NCBI GenBank assembly: GCA_020137815.1
Contig: CM035351.1
Span: forward strand, 4,402,001 to 4,466,000
DNA length: 64,000 bases
Source: Hormiphora californensis
Taxonomy: Eukaryota; Animalia; Ctenophora
Direction: 5' to 3'
The translations under genes were made by a program, and so were the position numbers. This document shows positions 1 to 12,440 of the stretch, piece after piece. The notes beneath the pieces were generated by a model. The model was not told the origin of the DNA. It did no database searches and saw only the letters and a list, made by a program, of their open reading frames with translations. Numbering within the stretch: position 1 is the stretch's first letter; each line of letters starts with the position of its first letter.

Positions 1-133
1 TGCAAGATGTTGAACCATTATTATCGAATTTGGGACCATTTCTGTGTCTTGACAGACTTTTTAGATCCGCTTGCGGCTTCACGTTTGGTTGAAGAACAAT
101 AACTAAATGTTACAATTCATACTCCCTCTGCAG

Positions 134-234
134 ATAAATAAGAAGCCATTGGAACATGCAATACTTCAGTGTTATTTCAACTCAACTTGGAGTCCTCGAT
201 ATAAAGATGTTCTACTGACCCTTCTTAGAGCAAG
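134..234 (+). CDS. possible internal exon of a gene extending beyond the left edge of the window
   Basis: ctgcag acceptor, open frame INKKPLEHAILQCYFNSTWSPRYKDVLLTLLRA, then ag|gtaggc donor; no family recognised. Confidence 0.25.
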
Positions 235-321
235 GTAGGCTTCATTTTGTGGCTATACCCCTCATAGTTCCACAATCATCACGGTTCGGGGTTCCCCTGT
301 TACAATTTGTTATGTTCTAAC

Positions 322-705
322 GGGGGGGGGGGGGGGGGGGGGGGGCCTGCCGCAAAAATCTCAGCTACCCTACTTTCGGCCGATGAGATTTTTGAGATTT
401 TTGGGAAAATTTGCTCAATTACGTTTGAGATTTTTGAGATTTTTGTTGTAAATTGGCACAATTTTTGCTGCCAATACTCAGTCTTTCGACATATTTTTTA
501 GCTTAAAACCGAATCATAATATCAATTTAGTAATTAAGCCAAAAACTAATTGAATTAGTTGGCGGGAAAGGTGACCCACTTACACCTTTTGTTGCTGCCG
601 GGTATCACCACGCACTCTCATTCTATCCCTCGGTATCTCAATCTCTTATTTTTCGAGGTTAACTTATTCCTGTTCGTTCTATCCCTCTCTCTCCCCTCCC
701 TGTCT

Positions 706-748
<43 letters not shown>

Positions 749-2144
749 TATCACACTCTCTTTCACTGTCTTATTCCATTATATTCACCTCTTATATCCC
801 TGATCCCGGCAGCAGGCAAAGGTGTAAGTGGGTCACCTTTCCCGCCAACTAATTCAATTAGTTTTTGGCTTAATTTAGGTCCCTTTTTGGTTTCTAATCG
901 CAGCATGACATTATTTCATGATGTAATATTGTCGAAATGATGCGTTATATGAGAAACGAGACGAATTTCTGTGAAAATCGTATTTTAGACGTCATAATGA
1001 CGTCATTTGACGTAATTAGTGACGTCGTAACGACGTAATTGCATCACGATATATTTTGAATCAATACCCCAAAGGAGCTTGTAAAGTTTCATTGACCACA
1101 GTGGTGAGGAAAGGAAGTCTTTGCTCGAAAAACGTTCAATTTGCTGAATTTTTCGTCAAATTTTTGACTTCCGACGCGATTTAAGGGCTCAAAATGATAA
1201 GCTACAAAAATTCGTTATATAGTAACTGAAAGTTCAGACAATTTGCCGGTAACGATTTTTCGTCAAATCAGAAATTGGAACACGTCTTCAGGGTGCTAGA
1301 GGCGTTTGAAAAAAGTTAGTCGGTCTCGCGCAATGACGTCACTCATGACGTCATTGCGTGCATCATAGGTAAGATGGAGAGTCGCCACCCAGATGGGTAC
1401 ATGCACGAGACAATTGTCTGTCGAATGCCGCTTGGTTTAAGGTCGTACGATGTCTGGTTCGTCTCAAACTGGGACCAAACGGAAGGTAACAAAGCGTCTA
1501 TACGTCTATGTATATATATATGTATGTATGTATCAACCTAGTTATCCCCACACTGAATTTTCTGTTTTGGGGGTGGTGTTATAACTTTTGAACAAAAAGA
1601 GCTAGCCACTTGAAATTTTTACCATCGATAGAGGTCTACAAGAAGCTTCTAAGTACAAAATTTCAGCTTCCTAGCTCTTCCGGTTCGGGAGTTATGGCAT
1701 GTCAAAAAGTGCCAAAATGGGCTAAAAGTATGAAATAACTATATATACGCTGTGAGCAAGCGGGCCGTTTTTGGGGGAATTTTTTTTCGGGGGATGGAAG
1801 GGGTCACCTTTGCGCTTGCCAGCGCAGTGATTTAAATAGGTAAATTTCATGTTTTACCTTCACATTAACTTTTGTACTAGAACACAAGGAAAATTTCTAT
1901 TCAGAATTTCGATTTTTGGCAAAAAAACACAAGGATTGTTTCTATTCCAAATTTTCGAATGGACATTTTTCCTTTCTATGAGATTTTTGAGAAAAATTTG
2001 CGGTTTTTTCCCGAAAAATCGCAAATTTGCCTCAAAAATCTCAAAAATCCCAGGTTTTTTAGCCAAAAATCGAAAATCTCAAAAATCCCAGCTACCCTGA
2101 AAATCGCCAATGAGGCATGAGATTCTTGCGGCAGGCCCCCCCCC
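322..2144. mobile_element. non-autonomous DNA transposon with poly-G/poly-C termini and 6-bp TSD
   Basis: Left end (G)n-cctgccgcaaaaatctca, right end tgagattcttgcggcagg-(C)n; direct repeat tctaac at 316-321 and 2145-2150; subterminal gagattttt/aaaaatctc repeats. Confidence 0.8.
533..1833 (+). mobile_element. Helentron-associated (HINE/DINE-1-like) non-autonomous element nested in the element at 322-2144
   Basis: Subterminal inverted repeat aaaggtgaccc (~567) / gggtcaccttt (~1801); 3' hairpin tgcgct-tgcc-agcgca followed by ttt; internal (tatg)n microsatellite; ~75-bp inverted repeat at 533-606 and 801-873. The 5' boundary is uncertain. Confidence 0.55.
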
Positions 2145-3538
2145 TCTAACCCTCCCTTTACGTCTAGCCAGGCAAGTTACAACCCCTCTCTCTCTCTCTC
2201 TCAGAGAGAGAGACTCTCTCCCCCGTCTGTCTCAACTCCCAAATCATAATACTTTCATCCTCCCTCCTCAATCCCTCTGGCATCTTATCTCCTCGTCTAA
2301 ACTCCTCCTCTCCGTCCTATACCCCCTACTTCCGAGCCCCACTCCCACATTTAACCCCTTCTCCTCGCCAGGCAAAAGGCCCAAGAGGGAGGAGTAACGG
2401 ACACCTCGGACCTATGGATAGAAAGTAGTAACTGTGCCCACCAGAGATGTGATAAGAATGGGATTACAGGTGCATGCTAAGGGCAAGTCTGGCTCAAATA
2501 ACCGATACCGGTCTGCCTTCTCTGTTACGGTAGGTTTTTGTCTGTGAAGTGAGAGGGTTCGGTAGATCAAGGTTTTTCGTTCCAAAATCGAGATGTAGAT
2601 CACGCAATTTAGGCCCAAATTCAGTCGTGTTGATTATTGTGAAATTGTACACGTGATCCTATTCTTTCCAACCCGTTTCAGGTGGTAAAGGGTAGACCGA
2701 GTAACAAAAAGAAGAAACTAGACACCCCTCATGGACACCCTGATGTCTACTAAGAGGCTTCTTGAGCCGCTACCTTTTAACGAGGATTATAGTTACAGAT
2801 GATTTGGAGCCTTTCTAAACAAGTCTCGGATATAGAAAAATGCGTGTTTTTGTATTTCTATAGTTCCTAACAATAGACATAAGACACGTGTCTTGGATTG
2901 GTAATTATTGATCGGACGTTGGGCTGTTTTGAATGTCATGAGAAGGGTAAAAATGATGCGGCGAAGTTGTGAGGAAAACGGTTTTTGTACGTTAAATTAT
3001 TGTTTTTATAAACCCACCAGATTTGCCTTTGTTATGCTTTACCCCTTCCCGTCCCCGGATTTGCTTCTTCCTCCCTCTCTCGCTCCAAATGTGTGGGACA
3101 AAGTGCCCCGGCCGTTTCAGTCCGCCACCTGTCACCTGGTGTGTACCGACTGGAACGCGCGAGCGACCCTAAACGTCACAAAGAGAAGGGTGCGCAGCAG
3201 CACGCATTTCTCAGTCTGTTGTTTGGAAATTGCGCCAAACGGGAACACCAGACCGGAAATGCGCGCACGTTGTCCACCGCTGGCAGTCCAGGTCCCTGGG
3301 TGACACGTGGGATTTGAACACGGGTGGAGCGAGATAGATACTGTGAATAGTTAGAGAGAGCTACTGTGAGACCTGCACCAGCTTCATCAATTTGATTGAA
3401 ATCTCAGGACAAGATTAATTCGTCACGGAAAATAAAAACCATTACAAAGTAGAAAAGATGTACACAGTACATAAAACATAAAATCAAAATTGATTGTCAT
3501 CAGAAATCCCACAAAAGCATGGTCATTAGTCAACGTCA

Positions 3539-6500
3539 TTAGTCCTCCACAGGAGTCAGTCTAGAATCAGGGCTGACGCTCCGAGTAGTTGAAGCGTGAT
3601 ACGTCGTCGTGCTCTCCCCAGGATTGGCCACCATCGCATCTTTTAGGTGGGTTAGACGCCTCTTTTTCTCGTACTCCTGCCGAGACTTTGGGTTTGGATC
3701 CTGGTTGATGGTGTTGAACAGCTTTACCTCGCTCTTCCTCACCATCTCCACCTCACTTTGTACCAGCAAGCTCCCCGAGTTGGAACTGAACACCTCCGAG
3801 TTAGCGACATCCCTTGGGATCTTGTTAAACTCATCCAGGTCGATCTGGTATTCCTTGGTGAGGATAACCAACATCTTACAGGGTGTTACCAGGTGAATCT
3901 TTGTAGTCCCCTTGAGGTACCACTTTAGGTCCAATGGCCTGGGTATTGGTCGGGAAACATCTCACCTCACCATACACAACCACAATCTCGTTAATCATAC
4001 TGTCAACCTCGAACACACCATTATTTGTTTCCGGTACGAGGGTTGAGAGAATGCTCCTCTCGCACATCTCGCTCAGATCCTCGAATGTGCTGGTTTTGTA
4101 TGATTCTGTTTTGGAGAGGAGGGATGTTGCGATTCGGAGGGAACAAATCCTCCACAGATTCTCCTCGATGATTGGGTATTTCAACATCAGTCCATGCATG
4201 TTTTCAGCAGAAATGAAGTAACACTGAAGATCACTCTCGCACACCACATACGAGCCTCGTTTCCGGTTAACAAGGATGCTCTGTTCACCCACGATAGATC
4301 CAGATCCAAGGAAGTCGTTGTTTCGATGATGACAAGCTAGATGAACACTGAATGTCCGGGCGATATCGGCCTTGGTTCCCTGCTTCAAACTGGAGACGAC
4401 CCTTGCTTTCCCAGAGATAATGAGGTATACCCCTCCTGCTATCTCTCCCCTACATAGTAGGGTGTCACCCTTGGCGTGCATCTGATGGATGGAATACTTG
4501 GCAACATCCTGGACAATATGGGATTTTAGGTTTTTTAACCATGGTGCCTGGGACCACATCACCACGGCCTCAGGAGGGGGCAGCCAGAAGACAGGGTTAG
4601 CCAGCAACCTCTTCATCTTTTCTTCAAGTTGTTTTCGTGAAGAGAGCACAATCGAAGTCCTCAACAAGGCCCGTCCTCCTGTAGCTTCCAGGCTGTTTCA
4701 CGGCCCTTATTTAGGCACCACCCTTATCACGTGTTTTGTACTAACAGCTATTGAAATACCATGGAACTCCTTTCGAACTACACTCAAACTGTGGCTGACC
4801 TCCTCCCTTGTCTTGGTGAGATTGGTCCGGAAAATATTCCTGCATTCCTTGTACGCAACCACCTTGTCCAAATGATCAAGGACCTCATCAGATGCGGTGA
4901 TAAACCCAACTCCAATGTCATATCCAGCACTGACACTCTGGTGAATTAGGTTGGTGAGCAGGCGATCGAGGAAGAGGAACACCCACTTTATGAGTCGAAC
5001 ACACCGGAACAATCGAACAATTCGAATCACACGGAACACATTAAAGGAAAAGTTGACGTTCGGAACAACTTGTCAGGACATCAGATAGCGAGTCTGCTAT
5101 TGAGATGATAATAATTGCAAAATCAAGCAAATTCCACTTGTTATAGAAGTAATACTTCCGCTGTCCAATCAGTTTTAGGATCATCTCAAAGATGAAGACC
5201 GCCAGGAAACAGAAATTTGTTATTCCAAAGGCCTGGCTGATAGAGCTCACCTTCCGGACAGTTTCTCCATTTACCACGACATCCTCACACTTCTCACCGC
5301 TGATACTCAACTCCACCATAACGATAGCGACGTTGATAAAGATAAGGAACATGATGATTACCTCGAACACGGAGGACCTAACTAGCTGGTATACTTTGTA
5401 TTGGTTGATGTTGTTGGGGCAGGGGTAATCTGCCTCCTTTCTCCCATGTTGGTAATGTTCCAATTTCCGTTTTACCCAGGCCAACAAACGCCCTATCTTC
5501 CACGTGTATTCAATGTCCTTCAACTCAATGAACTTATCAGGAATGTCTAACGTTTGGTCACACGCATCACTCAGGAAACGGAGAGCAGGCTTGGGGAGAA
5601 GTCCAGAATCAAACTGCTTCCACAGACTGATCTTGAACGCCTTGAAGATCCTATTTCTAGATTCATCATAAAACTCACTGAGTTCAACTTTAGTAAGGGG
5701 CACGGGAACCTGTTGGTCACAGTTAGTACACGCTGTAACCTCCTCGTGCAACTTCTCAATTTCGTTCCTGTTCTCCTTCACACCTTTATCAGTGTTATAG
5801 ATTGGGTCAATAAAACATATCCTCTTCACCTCATCCCAGTGTGTATCCGTGTGTTCGTCATCCTGCCTCAGGAAGTTGAGCTCCTTTGTCATAGAGTCCC
5901 GAATGAGGTGGGCAGCAGAGTCCACGGCCACCTTTTTAGCTTTGGACACGTGACAGAAGCCCAGGAGGCTGAGAATCTTGTTAAATGTTGTGGAGTTAAC
6001 AAGGAGGGTTAGGACGACAATACCAGAAACAAAGAACAAGATCTTGTCCCGCATGGCCTGGCAGAATCCGCTGTTATGATTCACCTGGAGGGCCAAGGCA
6101 AGGGACACAGCCCCTCGGAGAGCACCCCACATGAGAACGGAAGCTGACTGCCATGTGCTACCATAGCCCATCTTAGAGAGAACGAAATGGAAAAAGCAAA
6201 GCATGATTGTCCGGGATAGGGTGACCCCCATGTAGAGTGTCAATAGGTAGCCCACATCAATCCACTCAATGTTGCTGATGGCAGATGTAGTTATGATCAT
6301 CCCAACGACAAGGAAGATAATCGTGTTCACCAAGTAACCCATCTGCTCCCAGAACTTGTTCAGAAATGCCTCAATTTCCGGGCTAATGTTCATCTTGTTC
6401 ATATTAACAACAGCTCCAAAGACGACCACCGACAGCACACCAGAGGACTGGAGGAACATCTCGCTGACGTAGTACACAAGATAGGGAGATCCAACTGTGA

Positions 6501-7449
6501 TTGTGATTTCCGTTAGATAATCATTGAACACCTTACCCAGCCAGTAGACAAACACATAACCCATGACCACCCCCACGGCAGGTCCTCCGAGTGTTTTCAA
6601 GGCGATGTCTATGATAATCTGTTCCGGGGTTAGGTTGGTACACATTTCAGAATGTAGTTTTAGGGATGTGTCACACTGCAGATAGTTGCTGCAGAAATCG
6701 TTAGCATGGAATTCCGTTGTTGACCCGTTAATTACACATTGGTAAGTTTGGAGATTATCCTCTGCGGCACATGGCTCCATAGCGTTCCGTTGGAAGATAT
6801 TGAACAGGACAATGGCAGCCCCGTCGTTCAGAAGGGACTCTCCCTCGATCACAATGGACAGGTGGTGCACGTCCCTTCCACCGGGACTATTCTTCAGTAG
6901 AGCCACCACCGCTACTGGATCAGTGGCACTCAGGATGGCGCCCATCATCATAGAGACATCCCAACTCCATTTGTAGGTGAACACAAACCACACCACTCCT
7001 GCTGTCATTAGAGATGATAGAAGATAACCGGGGATAGCCAACACTAGAATCTGACCGATCGAAGTCTTGATGGCATGGATGTCGAGGAGAAAGGCTGACT
7101 CAAATAGCAGAACGGGTAGGAAAGTGTACATGAGAAGATGGGGATCGATCCTAATCATGCCGGTGTATCCCAGTAAATCTTCCTCGTAGTATTTGAAGAT
7201 GATACCAATTAGCATTCCAATGGCCAGAAGAGCGACAGTGTAGGGGAATGAAGGTATAAACTTTGTAATCACATGCCGGATGAATGCTCCGACGAGAAAG
7301 GTAGCTGAAAGAAACAATACAGTTCCCAATCCATTGTCCAAAGCTGATTCGTCATGGGGTAGCGATTCCGATTCCGTGTTACATGTAACAGGAGAGATGA
7401 AGATACACAGGAGAATGGACCCAAGCACTATCAGACTGTCGTGCTTCAT
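3539..7449 (-). CDS. SLC9C: SLC9C-type (sNHE) voltage- and cyclic-nucleotide-gated Na+/H+ exchanger; single coding exon with 5 apparent +1 frameshifts
   Basis: CPA1 motifs ILSATDPVAVVALL and EGESLLNDG; voltage-sensor S4 FRVIRIVRLFRCVRLIK; cyclic-nucleotide-binding domain GVYLIISG...GEQSILVNRKR. ORFs 5041-7494, 4707-5039, 3876-4667 and 3539-3934 join by single-base shifts; ATG 7449 follows a ttttcag acceptor. Confidence 0.88.
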
Positions 7450-8445
7450 GTCTGAAAAGAATAAAAGTGTTATAGAGAATGTAAGATTTTCCAAGACGAA
7501 AAAATAAGCAAAAAATAAAGTAACAAGTCCGATTTAGGCCCCCACCCGACGCCCCTGAGGTTTTCAAAAAGCATACCTGTGACTGAAAAACGTGAACTTG
7601 ACGCCTATCTTGATTCAATCATAAGAGGATTCAATGTTGGGGAACGCCCTTGCTATAATGGGGGAGTGGGTGTTGTTAATAAGACAGGAAATGGGATTAA
7701 ATCAAAGTGTGGTTTTACTCGTAAACATTGAGACGAAACGTAATTCAGAGGAATTCTGGGAAACAATGTTTCTAGAGGAACGGTCGCAAAGTTATTTCCA
7801 CTTCAATCAGATGTCGCGCGTGCAGATTGATGCGACATCCCGCGCGCACCTGTCTGCAAACTTTGTGCCCGCGCGTTCCAGCGAGTAAACTGGAAGAAGA
7901 AAGGTGAAATTGAGCACTGAACAGATGCAGAATATGTAGAAATTCAATCCACGATTGAATTCGATGTTTGAGACGATATTCGGAGACAGATATTGAACTG
8001 GTTTTGGTATTAATCGAATTCAATGTTATCCATTCCACAACTTCATTACATTTAAAACGTACCAAAATCTATAGGATTAAAAAACGGAAATCATATGAAA
8101 AGAATATTAACAGTGTTGAGAGAACTCCAGGTGGTTCTCCAGTATCTTAAATTTATAGGTCAAATGTGTAGATTGGTCCCTTGGGTCGGTTTATTATTCT
8201 TGCTGGTGGCTGATCAAGCGAGTACAGTGTTTATAATTGTAAACCGACCCCACAGGCTTTACTCCGATCAGTTTACACATTTGAACCAGACATCTGAGAT
8301 ACTACAGAACCACCTGCTAAAAGTAGAAGACTAACTGGTGAGCGTATTGTAAACGATTGTAAGTAAACGATTATTGTATTAAACGATTGTTCTTCTGAAA
8401 ACTAATCACTCCTGAAAGCTATCGTATAGCTGTGTCAATTTAGAG

Positions 8446-11024
8446 TTACGAAAGAGGCAGTTCTCTAACGTACGTTACAGGGAACAAGCCAACAGTTCCA
8501 TTTTTATGCTTTCCATACCACCACAACTGAAAACAGTTACAGTGCATTAGAAATAGTTCATAGTTATACCTTATGCATATTATGAACAAATATAGCCTAC
8601 ATTTTTACGTACCTCATCTACTTTTTCGAGAACAACTAACAAGTCTCCTTGGGCGAGGGAAACTTCCTCAGGACCTTGGGCAGCATATTCATACAGTGCT
8701 ACCACACGAACAAAGTTACTCGCGTGTCCTGAAAATTAGTTATTGTTCTCACTTCTCAGTGTCATCAGGTTTTCTGGTCGTCAAAAGTAGAAGAGATTTT
8801 AGAACTACTTTGCGACTCTTTTTGTAAAATCAAATAATCCAAACCTTTCGGGATTCGTTTCGCTTCATCATCAAACTTGACGTTGGTTTGGTAGAAGTTG
8901 ATGTATTCAATTGGCTCTGTGGGAAGTGAGAACTGTGTAAAATCTGGGTATGAGTAGAAAAGGGGTTAGCTTGCCTTGGATAATATACAGTTCAGTAGAA
9001 CTCACCTGGCCTGTGGCTACCAGTACGACGATCTTTGACGTAGACATTTAGATCATGACTTGAATCGCACATCTCCAAAATTCGTCGGACCTGCGAAACA
9101 ATACAATGGTGGCTAACATTTAATCAAATCTGTGGCTTACAAATTTTGTTATGTAAGTAATGGAAGGGTTGAAAAAACGATACGGTAAACGAAAGACAAT
9201 CAACAATTGGAGTGACAACAAACCTCTTCCATTCGGCAGTCTGTATTAACAAGTGCCTGAGAGCAGATGTTAGTGTAGGTCCAAACGCTATTTCGCATCT
9301 TGGTGAGCCTATCCAGTTCTAGATCTTGCATGCGCTGGGAAGAGATTAGTTTGAGTGAGGACGGAATAAGAAGAAAGAGGGATTGTGATAAATAGGGATT
9401 GGAGATAAATTTGGCGAGGGAGACAAGGAGGTGCGACAAATGTACGTTTTTGTTGATCTACACACGCATTTTATATCACACGCACTTCGCACAGCATGTG
9501 ATTTTAACGTGTGAAATGGCTCGGTGTTGCCTCGCGGACACACCGAAAAACCGACAAACAACCGACAAACAAAGAAAATGTACCTTGCAGTAAATTTCGT
9601 GATCTTTTTCCCAGCACTGTCGGTATCGTTCCAGGGTCTTCACTGATTCCATATACTCTTTATCTGAATAGAGGTTGGTGTTAAAAAACAAATAAACTCA
9701 GTGGACAGCAAGTAGAAAAAGGAAAGTGTTTATTTCGGCCTTCAACTTTAATAAAGAAGACAGCAATTTCTTAATAGTTAGTACCTGCTACTTCAGCGGC
9801 TTGCCTCGATTGTTTCATCTTTTGTTTCAGTTGGTCCAGCCTTTTCTGTGGTTGACCCATGTTTTGCTTCAACATCTCCGAACTTTTCTCAGCCTCGGTA
9901 CATGCCCTTTCGTAGGCTGCCTTACACTGCGAGAAAAACAATTGATACATCATATGACTTCAATTTCTATCGCCTAACTGCTAACATGAATTGCAGGATG
10001 TTGTATGTTTATTTGTTTGTTGTGCTTGAGTCGGTACACACCCAATGTACGCAGTAGCCCCATCCGCTACTACTCAGTGGACAGTATAATGCACTGAGTA
10101 GTAGTGGTAGAACCCGGGGAGCCGGGAGAGAGAGAGAGGGTTGAACAAGGCAAGCACTGAGTACTATCCAGCGTCCTCCCAGAAGAAGAAGAGTACTACT
10201 CAGTGCTCCCCTCAGTGAACAGTAGTGGGTACTGCACACCCAAACCACTCATCCTTTTCCATCTCAGGTTCCTATTAGATTCCAAAACAAACAATCCAAC
10301 TCACCCTCTGCATTTGCTCGTAGCTAGTTTTCTTCGCCCGAATTGTCCTTCGCATGCAATCCTCGGATTCCTTCCGTGCCGCTCTCTGCTCATCCTTGAA
10401 GACGGAAAGATAAGTAGCAACATCATCATTTAGGGCTTTGGCACATGAGAGGGCGATCTGTCCAGTCTCGTCTGTCTCCCTTATAAACACATCCATACAG
10501 CTGTGCATCGTCCTAGATAATGGGTGGAGTGAGAGGGAGAGATTGAGAATCAGTCACCTAGGGGTGGTGGGAAATAATGAGGGGTGTTATACCGCCCCTC
10601 AGGGCTTGGGTCCTTGCCAATTGGATGGGGAGAGCTAGAGGAAGAAAGAGAGAGAGATTTAGAAAGGTATGGGTTGAAGGGTTGAAGGAAAAAACTGTAG
10701 AAAACTCACCCACTCTCTCCTTTTCCCAAGGCACTGTTGGATAACCTGGAAAGTTCCTGGCCATACTTGTACTCAATTTGTGCTCGTTTCTTAATAAAAT
10801 CAACCAAGTCAGTCAGGGATTGTTTTCCTGTTTTCATGCGCCGGGATATCTCCTCAAAGCCGGCAGAACTGTTAAATTCGGAACCCTGAGGGGGGAAAGG
10901 GTTTGAACAATTTCCGGGTATTTGAGACAAAACACACACGTGACTGAGACTCATGTATAATCTGACACGTGCCTGAGTGTATTAGACCTACCCAGAAGTT
11001 CTCGACGAAACTCAGTGATTCCAT
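8446..11024 (-). CDS. F-BAR + SH3 protein (PSTPIP-like), multi-exon
   Basis: MESLSFVENFW; GFEEISRRMKTGK...FIKKRAQIEYKYGQEL; ELDRLTKMRNSVW; spliced SH3 VVALYEYAAQGPEEVSL...WWYG...GLFPVTYV. Confidence 0.85.
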
Positions 11025-12440
11025 GTTGACAACTGTGTTTTCAGGCCATCAACAAATTCCCTATAGTGTACAGAAGCAATGTTCAGTTGAAAGGTAAAGT
11101 ACACAAATGAAAAAAAGATAAAATACATATAAAAATAGTATAAAATCACCGTTGTTTTATATTTGTAATAATAATATCACGAGATATCGCTTTCAGATAA
11201 AACATGGGAAAATCTTAGTGACAGTCAATCAAGCAAGATAAAAACCATGGGAAATAATGAGATTAAGATAAACGAGATACTGGGATTGTGATAAGATAAC
11301 AAACCGTCATTATAACACTACAGAATATGATATATTAACATCGTAGTAAAAATAAAGAAGAAACTTATTAATTAAGCTATTTTACATGGTCCCTACCGTG
11401 TAGAATAACTTAATTTTCATGCTACTTCAAACTTGTAGTACATAGTATTCGGCTGACTGCTGATAAAAGTCCGAGTTTTCTAACTTCTGATACTGAGACA
11501 ATAGTCAATTGTCCACTGACCAGTGTATGTGATGGTGTTGGGTCATAAAAATTGACAAAAACAACCTTAATTCAAACAAACATTTAATGATGTCAGTCCA
11601 ATCGAACATATCCCGCACAAACAGACCAACTGTTCACTCCCCTGGGTGGCACGCTATTATTATTTGTGCGTCGGAAACTTGTTTTGGTTCTCACGCCTTT
11701 GTTTCTCGACTAAATTCGACCGGTGTTTTTAATTTTTTCCCCGCCCGGGTGAATGCCGAAGGCATTCACCCGGATGCCTTTTGCAAAAAGGCATAGGGGT
11801 TTAGAATTCGACAAGTTAACATACTAGTGAAGTGTCACGCTTTTTTTGTCCCGTGACGTAACCCATCCATAGCAACCATCCAGTGCAGAGTGCTCAAAAT
11901 ATCATTTGAAATACTTCACACACGCTCTAATTCAAATTGTCCACGAAGCTAGGCGACGCCCGCAAAGTTATTACAGTGCTGAAATGACGCACTTTCATTA
12001 GAACGCGCAGCCCGGCGCCGCGCGCCCCTTCCTGTTTGCAATTCATAACGTTCATCGTTCGTCATGTGTTCGTCATTACAATTGCGCTCTGGTATTGTCA
12101 TTGATTACATGAGGTCAGTTGAGTGCAGATCACATAGACTAGAAAAGGAGCCTAATTAGGCAGCTCATCACCTGCACTGTTCTGTCTCACCTTTCAGAAT
12201 CTCATTAGTTCATGGGTGATGGGATGTAATTAGGAGTGTCACATGCCAATGGCGGGGAAATACAGCACTATGGATACATAGTGCAAATATTCTTGTTTTG
12301 TCGAAAACTTTACGGCATACAGTGAGATCAAGTACAAATAATACGCCACGTAAAAAGGGGGGGGGGTGAACAGTTGAAAAATGGACTTATTACTTAAGAG
12401 GAACTTTGAAATTCTCTAGCGTTTTTACCGAGTTCACCGT

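Noticed and set aside
4705-4716. Euplotes-type AAA-TAA shifty stop in SLC9C
   Set aside because: The family-like VLN sequence is restored only if the extra base lies upstream at gtg-c-cta, and most other sites lack this motif.
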